Shown here: positions 53,797 through 62,656 of the stretch, piece by piece
Numbering within the stretch: position 1 is the first letter of the stretch
Layout: the number at the start of each line of letters is the position of its first letter
Assembly (NCBI GenBank): GCA_943369205.1
Contig: CALRMP020000003.1
Coordinates: 17-64,016, forward strand
Length of the DNA: 64,000 nt
Reading direction: 5' to 3'
Source: Gulosibacter massiliensis
GTDB lineage: Bacteria > Actinomycetota > Actinomycetes > Actinomycetales > Microbacteriaceae
Notes under the pieces: generated by a model
What the model was told of the DNA's origin: nothing
Seen by the model: only the letters and a program-made list of their open reading frames with translations
The model's database searches: none
Translations under genes and position numbers: made by a program

Positions 53797-56579
53797 CGCG
53801 TTCTCTGCGCATTTCGCTCGCCCAACTCCGCTCGGCCGGAGCGACGCTCGCGCTCCTCGGTGCTCTCGTCGCACTCGCCGCGGCGATTGCGGTCGCGGCG
53901 CCACTCGGGGTGACCTCCGCAACCTCGGACGAACTGCGCACCTCGATTGCCGAGCTCGCAGAAGAGCGGCGCAACCCCACCGGTGAGATTCGCGACCTCA
54001 CTGTGATCGATCTGCCGTTCTTCGCTACCGAGCCGGCGACCGAAGAGGCCGCGTACGGCGGCGTGTACGCCGCACTCGGCGAGGCTCGCGAGTCTCAACC
54101 CGAGCCGCTGCGGTCTGCGCTCGGCGAGGCGGAGCTCGTCATCATCAACGAACCGGTTCCGGTCGTTGCCGAGAACCCTGAGCCCGCCGACCCCGTCTTC
54201 CTCGTTCGCACCATCGTCGACCCGCTCCTCGACGAGCGCGTGACCGTTCGTGAGGGTCGGCTTCCCTCGCCGTGGCTTCCGAGCTCCTCAGCGCTGCAGC
54301 CTGGCTCCCCCGTCGAGTCTGAACCGGGCGTCGAGCTCTCGACGCCGGTCGAGTTGGCGCTCACGACCGATGGGGCGGATGCCCTCCGCTGGTCGATCGG
54401 CGAGCGCCGGGCGGACCCGCTATCGGGCATCGACCTCGTGCTCGTCGGCAACGTCGAGCCGGTTGACGCGGGAGCCGCGTACTGGCGCGGCATTCCCGGC
54501 GCTCCTGACGCGGAACGGTTCGACGACGGCAACCAGCAGCCGAGCGAGACTGCTGCGGCGTTTGTGCACCCCCTCAGCGCCGGTGCGCCGACGGCCTTCG
54601 GGCCGATTTCGGTCTGGTACCCGATCGACATCTCACGCCTCGACGCAAGCACGATCGACGTCGTGCTGCCACAGTTGCGGGCGTTCCTGTCGACCGGATT
54701 AACGATTCCCCTCGCCATCGAGGGTGGGTCGCAGTCGACGACGACACCGTTGACGTCGGAGATCCCCGCTGCGGCCGACGCGGTGCTCGATCGCGCGGCG
54801 GCAACCACCGCGATACTCGCCCTCATGGTCGCTGGCCCGCTCGGCACCCTGTCGGTCGTTCTGCTCTTGGCCTCCCGGTCGATGATCGACCGCCGCCGGT
54901 CAGCGCTCGCACTCCAGCTCGCCCGGGGAGCCTCACGAGCACGACTGCGTCTCGCAGTCGTGCTCGATGCCCTGCTCGTCACGGTGCCCGCAATGCTCGT
55001 GGGTGCGGTCACGGGTGTGGCGGCCGCCGGTTCGCTCATGAGCCTGAGCTTGTTCGACGCCGCCGCGGGGCTCCTCGCGCCCTCGTCGCTTATCGTGTTG
55101 GTTCTTGTCGCGCTCCTGCCCGCGGTGCTCCTCGCCGCCCTGGTGCCGCAGGCGTCCGACCTGCGCGATCGCCGCGCCGACCTCGCCGACCCGGGTCGGT
55201 TGCGGGCGCTCGTAGAACTCGTCATCGTCGCTCTCGCCGCTGTCTCGGTGTGGCTCGTCCTGCAGCGCGGCATCGTCACGTCGGCTGCCGTTGTCGGCGT
55301 CGATGCGCTCCTGGTGGCGATGCCGCTGCTCGTGGCACTCGCCACGAGCGCACTGACAATGCGGCTGTATCCCGTGCTCGTTACCGCGGCGCAGCGCGTA
55401 GTCCGTCGGTTCGGAAGCGCTGTTTCGGTGATTGGCGCGCGGCGGGCATCCCGTGATCGAACCGTTGCCCTGCCCGTCGCGGTCGCAACCGTGCTCGCGG
55501 CGTCGGTCGCCGTCTCTTCGCTGTCGCTTCTGGCTGTGCTTGACGCGAGCCTTGACGGTGTGGCTCGAGATCGGCTCGGGGCGGCCGTGCGCGTCACGGG
55601 ACCTGTGGTCAGTGCCGAGTTCGTCAGCGCGGCGCGGGAGCTGCCTGAGACGGAGACGGCGGGCGGCGTCGGTGTTGTCGGCCCCGCGGTACTCAATATC
55701 GAGGGGGTACGCGAGAACGCCACCGTCATGACGGTCGACGAGGCTGTTGCTCGGCTGCGAGACGACACGGTCGCCGACTGGCCACCGGCGTCTGCGACGC
55801 TCGAGGGCGACCGAGTGCCCGTGATGCTCAGTGACGACCTTCTGCCGAACCTCGGCGTGCTTCCGTTGCCGGATGCGGATATCTCCGTGGATGGAGTGCC
55901 GGTCACGGTTGTCGCCACCGGACGCGTCGCCACGGGCTACGGCGCTCCGAGCTCGTGGGTGCTCGTCGGCGAGGCCGATGCCGAGCTGTTCACGAACCGT
56001 CCCGCGGTTGACATCCTTGTCGCTGAGCCGACCGCGGGGGTGAGCCCGGCAGTATTCGGCGATGCCCTTCGAGAACTCGCTGCCGCCACCGCGGCGGGCG
56101 AGGCGCGTGTGGCGATCGCGCAGGCCGAGGCGGCCGAAGCGCGCGCTGTTCCGCTGACGGCAGCGCTGCGTTTCACCCTGCTTGCCGCGGCCGGGCTCGG
56201 GGTGGGGCTCGCGATCGTGGCGCTCGCCATCGCAGCCGTGGTCGGCCGCCCCCGACGCCAACGGGTTCAGGCCCTCGCCCACGTGCTCGGTGCACGGCGA
56301 TCGTCGTCGCTCGTTGCGTGGGAGCTCGCGCCCCCCGCAATCGTCGGAACGGTCGTTGGCACGCTCGTCGGCATCGCCCTCGTGCCGCTCGCGACCGCGG
56401 CGATCGATGTGCGGTTCGTGACGGGCGCGGCCGACCCGGTCGTCGCCTCGTTCGATGCCGGCGTGATCGGCGGCACTGTGCTCGCTCTCGTCCTCGGCGT
56501 GACAGCGGTCGTCGTGCTCGCGACGGCGCTCGATCGGCAGCCCCCGTTATTGACCACCCTGCGAACGGAGTCATCATGA
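53793..56579 (+). CDS. Second large FtsX-family ABC transporter permease
   Basis: ATG 53793 overlaps the upstream stop (ATGA). The protein starts MTRSLRISLAQLRSAGATLALLGALVAL. FtsX hallmarks are ALALQLARGASRARL and ALAHVLGARRSS. The track start at 53232 is a read-through. Confidence 0.75.
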   Translation: MTRSLRISLAQLRSAGATLALLGALVALAAAIAVAAPLGVTSATSDELRTSIAELAEERRNPTGEIRDLTVIDLPFFATEPATEEAAYGGVYAALGEARESQPEPLRSALGEAELVIINEPVPVVAENPEPADPVFLVRTIVDPLLDERVTVREGRLPSPWLPSSSALQPGSPVESEPGVELSTPVELALTTDGADALRWSIGERRADPLSGIDLVLVGNVEPVDAGAAYWRGIPGAPDAERFDDGNQQPSETAAAFVHPLSAGAPTAFGPISVWYPIDISRLDASTIDVVLPQLRAFLSTGLTIPLAIEGGSQSTTTPLTSEIPAAADAVLDRAAATTAILALMVAGPLGTLSVVLLLASRSMIDRRRSALALQLARGASRARLRLAVVLDALLVTVPAMLVGAVTGVAAAGSLMSLSLFDAAAGLLAPSSLIVLVLVALLPAVLLAALVPQASDLRDRRADLADPGRLRALVELVIVALAAVSVWLVLQRGIVTSAAVVGVDALLVAMPLLVALATSALTMRLYPVLVTAAQRVVRRFGSAVSVIGARRASRDRTVALPVAVATVLAASVAVSSLSLLAVLDASLDGVARDRLGAAVRVTGPVVSAEFVSAARELPETETAGGVGVVGPAVLNIEGVRENATVMTVDEAVARLRDDTVADWPPASATLEGDRVPVMLSDDLLPNLGVLPLPDADISVDGVPVTVVATGRVATGYGAPSSWVLVGEADAELFTNRPAVDILVAEPTAGVSPAVFGDALRELAAATAAGEARVAIAQAEAAEARAVPLTAALRFTLLAAAGLGVGLAIVALAIAAVVGRPRRQRVQALAHVLGARRSSSLVAWELAPPAIVGTVVGTLVGIALVPLATAAIDVRFVTGAADPVVASFDAGVIGGTVLALVLGVTAVVVLATALDRQPPLLTTLRTESS

Positions 56580-57475
56580 CCGAACCGCATATCCTGTGCA
56601 CCGACCTCGTGCGCATCTTCACTGCGCAAGGCGTTGAAGTGCAGGCGCTGCAAGGCTTGAGCCTGCGGGTCGAGCCGGGCGAGCTCACCGCGGTCGTTGG
56701 CGCGAGCGGATCGGGCAAGTCGACGCTGCTCACGATTCTGTCGGGGCTGGATACGCCGACAGCAGGGGGTGCGATCGTCGCTGGTCACGACCTCCTGACC
56801 ATGAACGAGCGGGAGCGTGTGTTGTATCGACGCCACACGGTCGGCTTTATCTGGCAGCAGACGAGCCGCAACCTCGTGCCGTATCTGAGTGCAGCCGACA
56901 ATCTCGAGCTCGTGCTCTCGATCGGCGGGCTCCGGCGTCGCGGCCGCGCCGCGCGCATCGCTGACTTGCTCGACCTCGTAGGCGTTGCCGAGCTCGCTGG
57001 GCGGCTACCGGTCGAGCTGTCGGGCGGACAACAGCAGCGCGTTGCCATGGCGGTCGCGCTCGCGAACGCGCCGACCGTGCTGCTCGCAGACGAGCCCACG
57101 GGAGAACTGGACGATGCCAGCACGGCCGATGTTCTCGAGGCGATGCGCGCCGTGAACCGCGAGCTCGGGGTGACGACGCTGATCGTCACCCATGACGCGA
57201 GCGTCTCGCAGCACGTGCGGCGCACCGTGCAGATTCGCGACGGCCGCACAGCGACCGAAACCCTGCGCCGTACGACGATCGACGGTGGTGAGGTACACGC
57301 AGAGGAGTTCGCGGTGCTCGACAAGGTCGGGCGTCTGCAGCTTCCCCAGGACTACGTCGATGCGCTCGGCCTGCACGAGCGTGTGCGCCTGACCCTGCAG
57401 CCCGAGCACGTCGAGGTGAGGCCGGGCGCCGACGCGCCCGCCCCGTCCGCGACCACAGAAGAGGAGGCGCCTTGA
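56576..57475 (+). CDS. ABC transporter ATP-binding protein with ~70-aa C-terminal extension
   Basis: ATG 56576 overlaps the upstream stop (ATGA). Walker A is GASGSGKSTLL, the signature LSGGQQQRV and Walker B LLADEPTGELD. Confidence 0.9.
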   Translation: MTEPHILCTDLVRIFTAQGVEVQALQGLSLRVEPGELTAVVGASGSGKSTLLTILSGLDTPTAGGAIVAGHDLLTMNERERVLYRRHTVGFIWQQTSRNLVPYLSAADNLELVLSIGGLRRRGRAARIADLLDLVGVAELAGRLPVELSGGQQQRVAMAVALANAPTVLLADEPTGELDDASTADVLEAMRAVNRELGVTTLIVTHDASVSQHVRRTVQIRDGRTATETLRRTTIDGGEVHAEEFAVLDKVGRLQLPQDYVDALGLHERVRLTLQPEHVEVRPGADAPAPSATTEEEAP

Positions 57476-58188
57476 CCGCCGTTTTGCACACAGAAGGCCT
57501 CAGCCGCGTCTTCGGTTCGGGCGAACGTGCCGTCACGGCCCTCGATCGCGTCGATCTGAGTGTCGAAGCGGGGGAGCTGGTCGTGTTGCGCGGCCCTTCC
57601 GGCTCGGGCAAGACCACGCTACTGACCTTGCTCGGCGGACTCGATGTGCCGACGAGCGGTCGCGTGGTCGTTGAAGGGACTGCCCTTGAGACGCTGAGCG
57701 AATCCGACGCCGCCGACCTGCGCGCGCGCAGCATCGGCCATGTCTTCCAGAGCTTTGGTCTCATTCCGGTGCTTTCAGCGGCTGAAAACATCGAGCTTCC
57801 CCTCCGCATTCTTCGCACTCCGGCTCCGGAGAGGGATGCACGAGTGGCCTACTTGCTTGACCGTGTTGGTCTCAGCGCCCACCGTGAGCAACGGCCATAC
57901 GAGCTCTCGGGCGGACAGCAGCAGCGTGTTGGAATCGCACGAGCTCTTGCGAATCGGCCCCGCTTGCTGCTCGCCGACGAGCCGACCGGGCAGCTCGACA
58001 GTGGCACGGGTGCGGCGATGATGGAGCTCATCGTTTCGGTCGTTCGCTCCGAAGGGGTCGCTGCGCTGGTCTCCACGCACGACCCCGCCGTGGCCGCCCG
58101 CGCAGATCGCGTGATCGAGCTCCACGATGGACGAGTGACCGCCGGGCTTACGCCGCCCGCCCGCTCAGCGGCTCGCCCTCGACGGTGA
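57472..58188 (+). CDS. ABC transporter ATP-binding protein
   Basis: TTG 57472 overlaps the upstream stop (TTGA). Motifs are GPSGSGKTTLL, LSGGQQQRV and LLADEPTGQLD. Confidence 0.9.
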   Translation: MTAVLHTEGLSRVFGSGERAVTALDRVDLSVEAGELVVLRGPSGSGKTTLLTLLGGLDVPTSGRVVVEGTALETLSESDAADLRARSIGHVFQSFGLIPVLSAAENIELPLRILRTPAPERDARVAYLLDRVGLSAHREQRPYELSGGQQQRVGIARALANRPRLLLADEPTGQLDSGTGAAMMELIVSVVRSEGVAALVSTHDPAVAARADRVIELHDGRVTAGLTPPARSAARPRR

Positions 58189-59749
58189 GCAGGGTGAGCT
58201 CGGGGTTCGTCGTCACGATCGAGCGGGCGCGCCACGGGGTCGACACGAGCGCGAGAATCACGCCGTCGCCGCGGCGCGCGACTTCGCACTCGCGCTGCCG
58301 GTCGAGCGCGGGGGCCGAGGCCTCGTCGGTGAGGTAGACCATCTCGTAGCTCATGGGTTCGAGAATCACGCGGCACGAGTACTCGAGTTCCATGCGCTGC
58401 GCGAACACCTCAAACTGCAGGGGGCCGACAGCGCCGAGCACGGGATGCTGTTCCCCGCGTCGCTCTGACCGCAACACCTGCAGCACACCCTCCTGCTCGA
58501 GCGACTCAACACCCTTGCGAAACTGCTTGTACTTCGACAGGTCGGCGGCCCGCACGACGCTGAAGTGTTCGGGCACGAAGCGCGGCAGCTCCGGAAACTG
58601 CACGGCGTTGCCGAGGTAGACGGTGTCGCCCGGCCGCAGCATCGTCGCGTTGACGAGCCCCACGACGTCACCAGGCCAGGCCTCTTCGACTGTCTCGCGC
58701 TCCGCACCGAAGAGCTGCTGCGCGTACTTCGTCGTGACGGTGCGACCCGACCGGGCGTTGGTGACGGTCATCCCGCGTTCAAATCGGCCCGAGCAGACCC
58801 GCAGAAACGCGATGCGGTCGCGGTGCGCCGAATTGAGCCCCGCTTGCACTTTGAAGACGTAGCCCGAGAAGTCGTCGTCGACCGCGCGCGCCGTGTCATC
58901 GACCGAGCGGCGCGCGACGGCGCCGGGGGCTTCGGCGGCAACAAGGTCGAGCAGCATGTGAATGCCGATGTTGTGCACCGCAGCGCCGAAGACGATCGGG
59001 GTGGTCTCGCGGGCGAGAAAGCGCTCAGTGGCGTGTACGTGGTCGTCGAGCGCGAGCAGTTCGACCTCTTCGCGCGCGGTCTGCCAGGCAGCCCTGTGCT
59101 CGGCAGAGGCTTGCTCGGGGTCGAGCTCGCTCCAGTGCGACACCGTGGCGCCACCACTCGACCGCTCGAACCGCTGCATCGTGCCGCTCGCGACATCGAG
59201 CAAGCCCTCGAAGTAGCCGGCCTTGCCGACGGGCCACGTCACGGGGGTCGGCAGCAAACCGGTGCGCTCGCGAATCTCGTCGACGAGCTCGAGCGCATCT
59301 TTACCCGGGCGATCCCACTTATTGACCATGGTGATGATCGGAACATTCCAGCGACGACACACCTCGAAGAGCTTCATGGTCTGGGCCTCGAGACCCTTGG
59401 CGGCATCGATGAGCATGATCGCGGCATCCACCGCCGACAGCACGCGGTAGGTGTCTTCCGAGAAGTCGGAGTGACCGGGGGTGTCGACGAGATTGATCAC
59501 AACGTCTCGATAGTCGAATTGAATGGATGCACTGCTGATCGAGATGCCGCGCTGCTGCTCGATCTGCATGAAGTCGGAGACCGTCGTCGAACGCCCGCGC
59601 TTCCCGTGCACGGCACCCGCGGTCATGATCGCCTGGGCGTGCAGCAACAGTGCTTCCGTGAGCGTTGACTTGCCGGCGTCGGGGTGCGAGATGACGGCGA
59701 TCGTGCGGCGGCGGGCAGCTTCGGTCGAGACGTCGAGCGCGGTGCTCAT
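58148..59749 (-). CDS. prfC: Peptide chain release factor 3
   Basis: Starts MSTALDVSTEAARRRTIAVISHPDAGKSTLTEALLL, followed by DTPGHSDF and NKWD G-motifs; 533 aa. The track ORF to 60169 is a read-through. Confidence 0.95.
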   Translation of the reverse strand: MSTALDVSTEAARRRTIAVISHPDAGKSTLTEALLLHAQAIMTAGAVHGKRGRSTTVSDFMQIEQQRGISISSASIQFDYRDVVINLVDTPGHSDFSEDTYRVLSAVDAAIMLIDAAKGLEAQTMKLFEVCRRWNVPIITMVNKWDRPGKDALELVDEIRERTGLLPTPVTWPVGKAGYFEGLLDVASGTMQRFERSSGGATVSHWSELDPEQASAEHRAAWQTAREEVELLALDDHVHATERFLARETTPIVFGAAVHNIGIHMLLDLVAAEAPGAVARRSVDDTARAVDDDFSGYVFKVQAGLNSAHRDRIAFLRVCSGRFERGMTVTNARSGRTVTTKYAQQLFGAERETVEEAWPGDVVGLVNATMLRPGDTVYLGNAVQFPELPRFVPEHFSVVRAADLSKYKQFRKGVESLEQEGVLQVLRSERRGEQHPVLGAVGPLQFEVFAQRMELEYSCRVILEPMSYEMVYLTDEASAPALDRQRECEVARRGDGVILALVSTPWRARSIVTTNPELTLLTVEGEPLSGRAA

Positions 59750-59911
59750 GAATCCCTTCCGATCGGCGGTGTCGTGCGCAAACCTCCATTCTAGGCGGGC
59801 GCCACGCCTGCCTCCTGCGACCGACCAACCCGGTCGTCGGGCCGCGGGCAGGCGTACGCTGAGTGCTGAAACAGCGCGCGAGCGTGCGCGCGACGAGCTC
59901 GGGAGGCTCTC

Positions 59912-60103
59912 ATGGCAGGAAACAAAACAATGCAGCAGGCGGCGCCGCTCGGGTTTTTCGGCCTGCTCGCCTACATCGGTGCGGCCGTCTACTTCATCGG
60001 TCAAAGCGATGGCAGTTTCTGGGGCGTCATTCTCGGGCTTCTGCAGGCGATCGTCTGGCCGGCCTACGCCGTCTACGGCGGGCTCACGGCGCTCGGCGTG
60101 TGA
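59912..60103 (+). CDS. Small two-TM membrane protein
   Basis: 63 aa, with GGGAGG 6 nt upstream of the ATG. The hydrophobic segments are LGFFGLLAYIGAAVYFI and WGVILGLLQAIVWPAYAVYGGL. Its stop overlaps the next GTG (GTGTGA). Confidence 0.5.
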   Translation: MAGNKTMQQAAPLGFFGLLAYIGAAVYFIGQSDGSFWGVILGLLQAIVWPAYAVYGGLTALGV

Positions 60104-60642
60104 GCACGACTCGATTCGGCTCGCTCGAGCTCGCTGCGGCGAGCGCACACCCCGACCTTCTCGCGCCACCCGTGCGCGACTTCCTTGCTCAGCACCCTGA
60201 CGATCGCGTTCTCGTGGGTGCGATCGACCCAGCGTTGGCTGACACGGCGGCCTTTTGCGAGCACTATGCGATCTCGCCCGAGCAAGGGGCGAACTGCGTC
60301 ATCGTTGAAGCCAAGCGCGGAGAAACCCGCACGCTCGTCGCGTGCATGATTGCGGGCAACGACCGCATCGATGTGAACGGGGCGGTGCGACGACTGCTTG
60401 ACGCACGGCGGGCATCCTTCGCCCCGCTCGATGCGGTGATCGAGGCGACGGGCATGGAATACGGCGGAGTGACGCCGATCGGGCTCCCGGCCGAGTGGCC
60501 GATTCTCGTCGATGAGGCCGTGGCCGCAAGCGGCCCGATGATCGTGGGCGCGGGCATTCGCGGGGCCAAGTTGCTCGTGACGGGCGACTACCTGGCGAGC
60601 CTCCCGGGCGCGCGCGTCGTGGCGATCGCGCAGCGCGGCTGA
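60100..60642 (+). CDS. YbaK/EbsC-family aminoacyl-tRNA editing (deacylase) domain protein
   Basis: GTG 60100. ANCVIVEAKRGETRTLVACMIAGNDRIDVN...ATGMEYGGVTPIGLP fits the YbaK/ProX pattern. The track start at 59863 is a read-through. Confidence 0.75.
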   Translation: MSTTRFGSLELAAASAHPDLLAPPVRDFLAQHPDDRVLVGAIDPALADTAAFCEHYAISPEQGANCVIVEAKRGETRTLVACMIAGNDRIDVNGAVRRLLDARRASFAPLDAVIEATGMEYGGVTPIGLPAEWPILVDEAVAASGPMIVGAGIRGAKLLVTGDYLASLPGARVVAIAQRG

Positions 60643-60698
60643 GCAGCGCGGCGCGGCTCACGACACGGGGCCGCTGACCAGCTCGGTGCCGCACGCGT

Positions 60699-61310
60699 TC
60701 AGTGCGCGAAGAGCACCTTGAGCACGACGATGACTCCGCACGCGATGGCGAGCACGAGCCCACCGGAGAGAGTGCGCCACGTCGCCTGGCGACCGCTCAG
60801 TCGTTCGACGAGAAAGCCGATGAGGGCGATGCGCGCGACCACCCACACCGCCGCAGCCACTTGCGCGAGTTGCGTGGGCACGACGTCGAAGCCCGCCGCG
60901 AACAGCACGATCGCCGGCACGAGCCCCGAGACCAGGATGGGCATCGCGTCGTAGATCTCGTGAACGATCTGAAGCCTGATCGAGTGCAGCCCACGGCCGA
61001 GTTGCTGACCGACGCCGTGAGCAAGAATGTGCGCGAAATAGGTGGTGAGGGTCGTGACGGTCACCAGCAGCGCGGCTTCGCCGCCCGCGATTGACTTGCC
61101 GGTCGCGATCACGACGGCCGCGAGCACGAGGATGTTGCCGTAGACGTAGGCGGCCAGTCGCAGCCGTAGTCGCTCAATCGTGAGGTGCTGGCCCGACCGT
61201 GCGATCATCCACGCGGGCATGCGGGGTGTCGTGACGACGGTGTCGGGGTCGAGATCGCCCTGACCGGTCACCCTCGTCGCCTCGGTGGGTTCGCCCGCGG
61301 GCTCGGTCAC
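60699..61310 (-). CDS. Integral membrane protein, unknown function
   Basis: 203 aa with about 5 TM segments after an acidic N-terminus. No family was recognised. Confidence 0.5.
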   Translation of the reverse strand: MTEPAGEPTEATRVTGQGDLDPDTVVTTPRMPAWMIARSGQHLTIERLRLRLAAYVYGNILVLAAVVIATGKSIAGGEAALLVTVTTLTTYFAHILAHGVGQQLGRGLHSIRLQIVHEIYDAMPILVSGLVPAIVLFAAGFDVVPTQLAQVAAAVWVVARIALIGFLVERLSGRQATWRTLSGGLVLAIACGVIVVLKVLFAH

Positions 61311-61314
61311 CGTT

Positions 61315-61614
61315 CTAGACCGAGTAGTCGACGACAGCTCGATCGCTGATCACCGACGCGATGAATGCCGCAGCTTCTTTGTGCGCGGGGTGCGCCTGGT
61401 AGGCCTCGAGCGCCGCATTGTCGTCGTGCTCGGAGACGAGAGCGACATCCCAGTGTCCGGCGACGAGCCCGAGGTCACGATCGACGCGAATGCTCTGGAT
61501 GCCCGGAATCTGCGTCTCGAGGGCTTCGAGCCGCTCGGCAATGCCGTGGGCGTCGTCGCGGCGCTGCGTTTCGTCGTCGGCGGCGAGTCGGAAGAGCACA
61601 ATGTGGCGGATCAT
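61315..61614 (-). CDS. Dabb-family stress-responsive alpha/beta-barrel protein
   Basis: MIRHIVLFRL...HWDVALVSEHDDNAALEAYQAHPAHKEA is the classic Dabb pattern; 99 aa. Confidence 0.85.
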   Translation of the reverse strand: MIRHIVLFRLAADDETQRRDDAHGIAERLEALETQIPGIQSIRVDRDLGLVAGHWDVALVSEHDDNAALEAYQAHPAHKEAAAFIASVISDRAVVDYSV

Positions 61615-61665
61615 GATGTCACTCTAGAGGGCGCGGCTCGAACCGCGGAGGGCTAGATTCAGCGC

Positions 61666-62649
61666 ATGGAATCACGATTCTCGACGCCGACACAGATGCG
61701 CGAGTCGGTCTTCTTCGACGGGCCCGAGTCGTCGGCGCGGTACAGCCGCTTCTGGATGCTGCTGATCCTCTCGTCGATCATTGCCTCGGCCGGGGTCGTG
61801 GCCGACTCGACAGCCGCCGTGATCGGCGCCATGATCGTGGCTCCGCTGCTGGGCCCGATTCAGGGCACCATGCTCGCGACTGTATTGGGCGACCGAGCGA
61901 ACCTCCTGCGCTCGCTCACGCTCGTCGTGGCCGGCGCGGCAGTCGCCGTGGCTATCGGTTACGTGGTCGGCCTCGTCGTCGTCGGCGACGTCACGGCAGC
62001 GACGAACTCGCAAGTTGCGGGCCGCGTGAGCCCGCGCCTCATCGACCTGCTCGCCGCGCTCGGCACGGGCGTGGTCGGCTCGGTGGCGCTCGTGCGACGC
62101 GACATTTCCGACACCCTTCCCGGTGTCGCCATCGCGATCTCGCTCGTGCCCCCGCTGACGGTTGTCGGCCTCGCCCTGGAGTCGGGTGCTGTGGGCGAAG
62201 CGGGCGGAGCCCTGCTGCTGTTCGTCACGAACGTCGTCGCGATCATCGCGACGGGCATCGTGGTGATGTCGTTCTACGGGGTCAACAAGCTTTCGGCGGT
62301 GGGGGCAGCCGAGGGCACGCATCGCGCGAGCCTGCGAAAGCCGGCCGCTTTGCTCGCCGTCATGCTCGTGCTGATTGGTGCGCCCCTGACGCTCACGAGC
62401 CTGCAGCTCGGCGCGAAGTCGATCATCGAGTCGGCCGTGCAAGAAGAAGTCGAGATCTGGCTCGTCGACACCAACTGGACCCTCGAAGGCTTCGATTATT
62501 CGGGCGACGATCTCACGGTGACCCTCGAAGGCCCACTGCCCCTTCCGGACACCGACGTGCTCGAGGCGGCACTCGTCGAGCGCGGCCTCGACACCGACCT
62601 CATCACCCTCGTGCTCATTCCCGTCTACGAAGTCGAACTGGGTGATTGA
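61666..62649 (+). CDS. DUF389 (TIGR00341) family membrane protein
   Basis: SRFWMLLILSSIIASAGVVADSTAAVIGAMIVAPLLGPIQG is typical of DUF389; 327 aa. Confidence 0.8.
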   Translation: MESRFSTPTQMRESVFFDGPESSARYSRFWMLLILSSIIASAGVVADSTAAVIGAMIVAPLLGPIQGTMLATVLGDRANLLRSLTLVVAGAAVAVAIGYVVGLVVVGDVTAATNSQVAGRVSPRLIDLLAALGTGVVGSVALVRRDISDTLPGVAIAISLVPPLTVVGLALESGAVGEAGGALLLFVTNVVAIIATGIVVMSFYGVNKLSAVGAAEGTHRASLRKPAALLAVMLVLIGAPLTLTSLQLGAKSIIESAVQEEVEIWLVDTNWTLEGFDYSGDDLTVTLEGPLPLPDTDVLEAALVERGLDTDLITLVLIPVYEVELGD

Positions 62650-62656
62650 GCCGCGC

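Noticed and set aside
49801-56282. Long minus-strand ORFs inside the ABC/UvrA2 region: 49801-51753, 52416-54098, 52810-53922, 54095-55933 and 54933-56282
   Set aside because: These are Arg/Ser/Pro/His-rich translations without domain signatures. The plus strand encodes recognisable UvrA, FtsX and TM features. They are high-GC antisense artefacts.
58148-59749. Programmed frameshift or recoding in the release-factor gene
   Set aside because: Programmed +1 frameshifting is a property of prfB, not prfC. The prfC frame here is continuous from ATG to TAA.
58148-60169. N-terminal extensions of track ORFs: prfC to 60169, EamA to 46419, FtsX-2 from 53232, ATPase from 56318, FmdB to 6707, YbaK from 59863, TIM barrel from 36179, ThuB-like from 15958 and Gfo from 33749
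   Set aside because: The extensions are low-complexity read-through across upstream genes. Internal starts give canonical N-termini, often with Shine-Dalgarno sites or ATGA-type coupling to the preceding stop.
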